The notes beneath the pieces are model-generated. The model did not search any database. It was given only the letters and a program-made list of their open reading frames with translations, and had not been told where the DNA came from. A program made the translations under genes and the position numbers. Source: a virus. Taken from it: a stretch of DNA of 64,000 nt. This document shows, one piece after another, positions 62,032 through 64,000 of this stretch. Position 1 is the stretch's first letter; each line of letters opens with the position of its first letter. The stretch covers positions 1-64,000 of the IMG/VR virus record IMGVR_UViG_3300036846_000555. One strand, written 5' to 3'.

Positions 62032-63150
62032 ATGGCGGTCTCCGATCCACTCGCGGTCTTCTCCTCCGGCGTCATGACGACGGTCGCCCTGAGCGAGGAC
62101 ACTCCGGCTGATCTGCTCGGCGAGGTGCCGCCGTTTGAGCGCACGGCCTACGAGGTCCAGGCGGTGCTGCAGGTCGTCGCCAACGAGCTGTTCCGGCTGG
62201 AGCAGGCGCGCCAGGCGGTGATCCTGAACTTCCTGCCCAGCACCGCCGACGCGCTGCTGCCGATGTTCGAACAGCTCCTCGGCCTGCCGGTCGACCCGCC
62301 CGGGCTGACGCTCGCGTCCCGCCAGCAGCTCGTGCTCGCAACCATGCGGCGCCTGAAAGGCCAGGGTCGCGGCCTGGACTGGGAGGCGACCATCACCGCG
62401 CTGTTCGGGACGAGCTGGTCCTATCAGGAGTACAACCCGGCAGCGACCGTCACCGCGAACTTCGTACCGAACCCGTCGTTTGAGAAGGACACGGTCGGAA
62501 GCGCACCGGCGGTGTGGGCTTCGCGCGTCAACTTCAACAGCGCTGGCGGGGCGTTGACGTGCCAGGCGCAGGCCCAGGCGGGGTCGAAAGGCATGCAGGT
62601 CGTCGCCCCTAGCGGCGGCGCGGTCGGTGCGGAGGTCCCGCTCTCTGGCACGTTCACCAGTGGCGAGCCGTACACGTTCTCGGTCTGGTTGAAGGGCAAT
62701 GCCGGTGGGGAGCGCGTTGTCCTCCTGTTCGGCAGTGCGTCCGACGTGGTTCAGGGCGCGAACCTCACGCTGACCACCACGTGGACGCGGTATTCGGTCA
62801 CCTGGACGCCGACCGCGAACCGCACGGGTGTCTCGGCCGGTTTCCAGACGACCACGTCATCCGCCGTGACTGTGTTTGCGGACAGTGCGATGGTGTCGCA
62901 GGCGGCTGCGATGGGTCCGTACGTCGATGGGGACACGTCCGGCTACTCGTGGGCGGGTACGCCGGGGCAGAGCGCGACCATGCAGGCGAGTGGACCGCCC
63001 CCGAACACGGTCTCGATCCGGATCCCGCAGGCGTACGGCGGCTTTGGCTGGCCGTTCATCCGCGACCTCACGCCCGCGCACCTCGCGATCACCGAGGGCT
63101 ACTCCGACGGCTTCTTCGTCGGCATCACGAACATCGGAGGCACTCTGTGA
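62032..63150 (+). CDS. Baseplate wedge protein (XkdU/P2 gpI-like) with an inserted carbohydrate-binding module
   Basis: TADALLPMFEQLLGLP...SRQQLVLA; insert NFVPNPSFE...YTFSVW.KG...LTTTWTRYSVTWT. Confidence 0.8.
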   Translation: MAVSDPLAVFSSGVMTTVALSEDTPADLLGEVPPFERTAYEVQAVLQVVANELFRLEQARQAVILNFLPSTADALLPMFEQLLGLPVDPPGLTLASRQQLVLATMRRLKGQGRGLDWEATITALFGTSWSYQEYNPAATVTANFVPNPSFEKDTVGSAPAVWASRVNFNSAGGALTCQAQAQAGSKGMQVVAPSGGAVGAEVPLSGTFTSGEPYTFSVWLKGNAGGERVVLLFGSASDVVQGANLTLTTTWTRYSVTWTPTANRTGVSAGFQTTTSSAVTVFADSAMVSQAAAMGPYVDGDTSGYSWAGTPGQSATMQASGPPPNTVSIRIPQAYGGFGWPFIRDLTPAHLAITEGYSDGFFVGITNIGGTL

Positions 63151-64000
63151 GCAAGCACCGGCAGCTCAACTACGGCCAGCCGATTCCCCAGGACTTCCTG
63201 GACGCGCTCCAGGAGTTCGTCGGCGTCGGCAGCCGCAACCTGTTCCTGACGCAGATCGGCTCCAACCAGGTCCAGATTGCCGCGGGCGTCGGGAACGCGC
63301 AGGTGTCGCTCGGGATCGACGGCCTGTGGCGCTACATCTCAGCGACCGTCCAGACGACCGTCACCGGCGCGGCCGGGACGTACAGCATCTTCGCGACCAC
63401 CGGCAACAACGCGTTCGCGACCAACCCGACGCCGCCGCCGCCCGAGACCGACTCGACCGACTACACGTTCGCGCTGACCGCGCTGCTGACCGGCAACCCC
63501 ACGGCCGCGCACTACCGCAAGATCGGCGAGGCGGTCTTCGACGGGACGCGCATCCTGAACCTCCGCCAGCTCATCGACGGCGGCGTCGACGGCGCGCAGC
63601 TCTGGCAGCCGGGCGACCTCAAGCTGACCGCCGTGGCGGCCCCGCCCGCTGGATGGCTCGCCTGCGACGGCTCCGCAGTCAGCCGCACCACCTACCCGGC
63701 GCTGTTCGCGGCCCTCGGTGGCGCGACGTCGCCGTGGGGGCAGGGCGACGGATCGACCACGTTCAACGTCCCGGACTTCCGCGGCCGCGTCCCGATCGGG
63801 GCAGGGCAGGGCGCGGGCCTGACCAACCGCGTCCGCGGCGAGTACGGCGGCGGGACGCTCGACACGGCCAGCCCCAAGCGCGGCGAAGAGGCTCACCTGC
63901 TCGCCGCGGCCGAGTCGGGCACCAACGGCAACGGCGGCACCGGCTACGTCTCCAACGACCACTCGCACGGCGTCAGCATCCAAAGCGGCGGCGCGAGCGC
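63147..64000 (+). CDS. Tail fibre with collar domain, 3' truncated by the window edge
   Basis: Not in the ORF track (no stop). GTG 63147; PGDLK...PAGWLACDGSAVSRTTYPALFAALG...GDGSTTFNVPDFRGRVPIG. Confidence 0.9.
   Translation, partial: MSKHRQLNYGQPIPQDFLDALQEFVGVGSRNLFLTQIGSNQVQIAAGVGNAQVSLGIDGLWRYISATVQTTVTGAAGTYSIFATTGNNAFATNPTPPPPETDSTDYTFALTALLTGNPTAAHYRKIGEAVFDGTRILNLRQLIDGGVDGAQLWQPGDLKLTAVAAPPAGWLACDGSAVSRTTYPALFAALGGATSPWGQGDGSTTFNVPDFRGRVPIGAGQGAGLTNRVRGEYGGGTLDTASPKRGEEAHLLAAAESGTNGNGGTGYVSNDHSHGVSIQSGGAS

Noticed and set aside
49182-64000. Diversity-generating retroelement or invertase-driven fibre switching
   Set aside because: No reverse transcriptase or recombinase in the window. 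The repeated fibre segments diverge at all bases, mostly synonymous positions, not specifically at adenines, and all are in direct orientation.
1-64000. Integrase, att site, terminase, portal, known defence systems
   Set aside because: No supporting motifs are seen in this window. They may lie outside it, so temperate versus lytic lifestyle cannot be decided.

Overview
The whole window looks like one segment of a high-GC actinobacterial myophage or prophage. The likely host is in Thermoleophilia/Solirubrobacterales, inferred from the style of its secreted proteins. Left half (1-31.5 kb): ssb, an HNH gene, many small accessory genes, a SpoU/TrmH RNA methyltransferase, tRNA-Glu(CTC) and a tRNA-like element. 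It also holds an rpf-like plus rlpA-like operon, four exported collagen-like proteins, several structured non-coding RNA candidates and probable head-cargo proteins. The most striking cargo candidate is a 937-aa fusion of a zeta-toxin-like kinase and a RelA/SpoT-like synthetase. These accessory islands are led by about 13 copies of one element: a 17-bp palindrome (AGCGCAC-N3-GTGTGCT) overlapping an extended -10, often followed by a stem-loop and a GACCGAGGAG extended RBS. Right half (31.7-64 kb): a complete head-neck-contractile tail module with protease/scaffold, DUF2190-like decoration protein, Mu gpT-like capsid, sheath, tube, a -1 frameshifted chaperone, tape measure with two hydrolase domains, baseplate and three modular tail fibres. 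No terminase, portal, integrase, repressor-integrase cassette, CRISPR array or reverse transcriptase is visible. All family calls rest on motif recognition by eye, not database searches.
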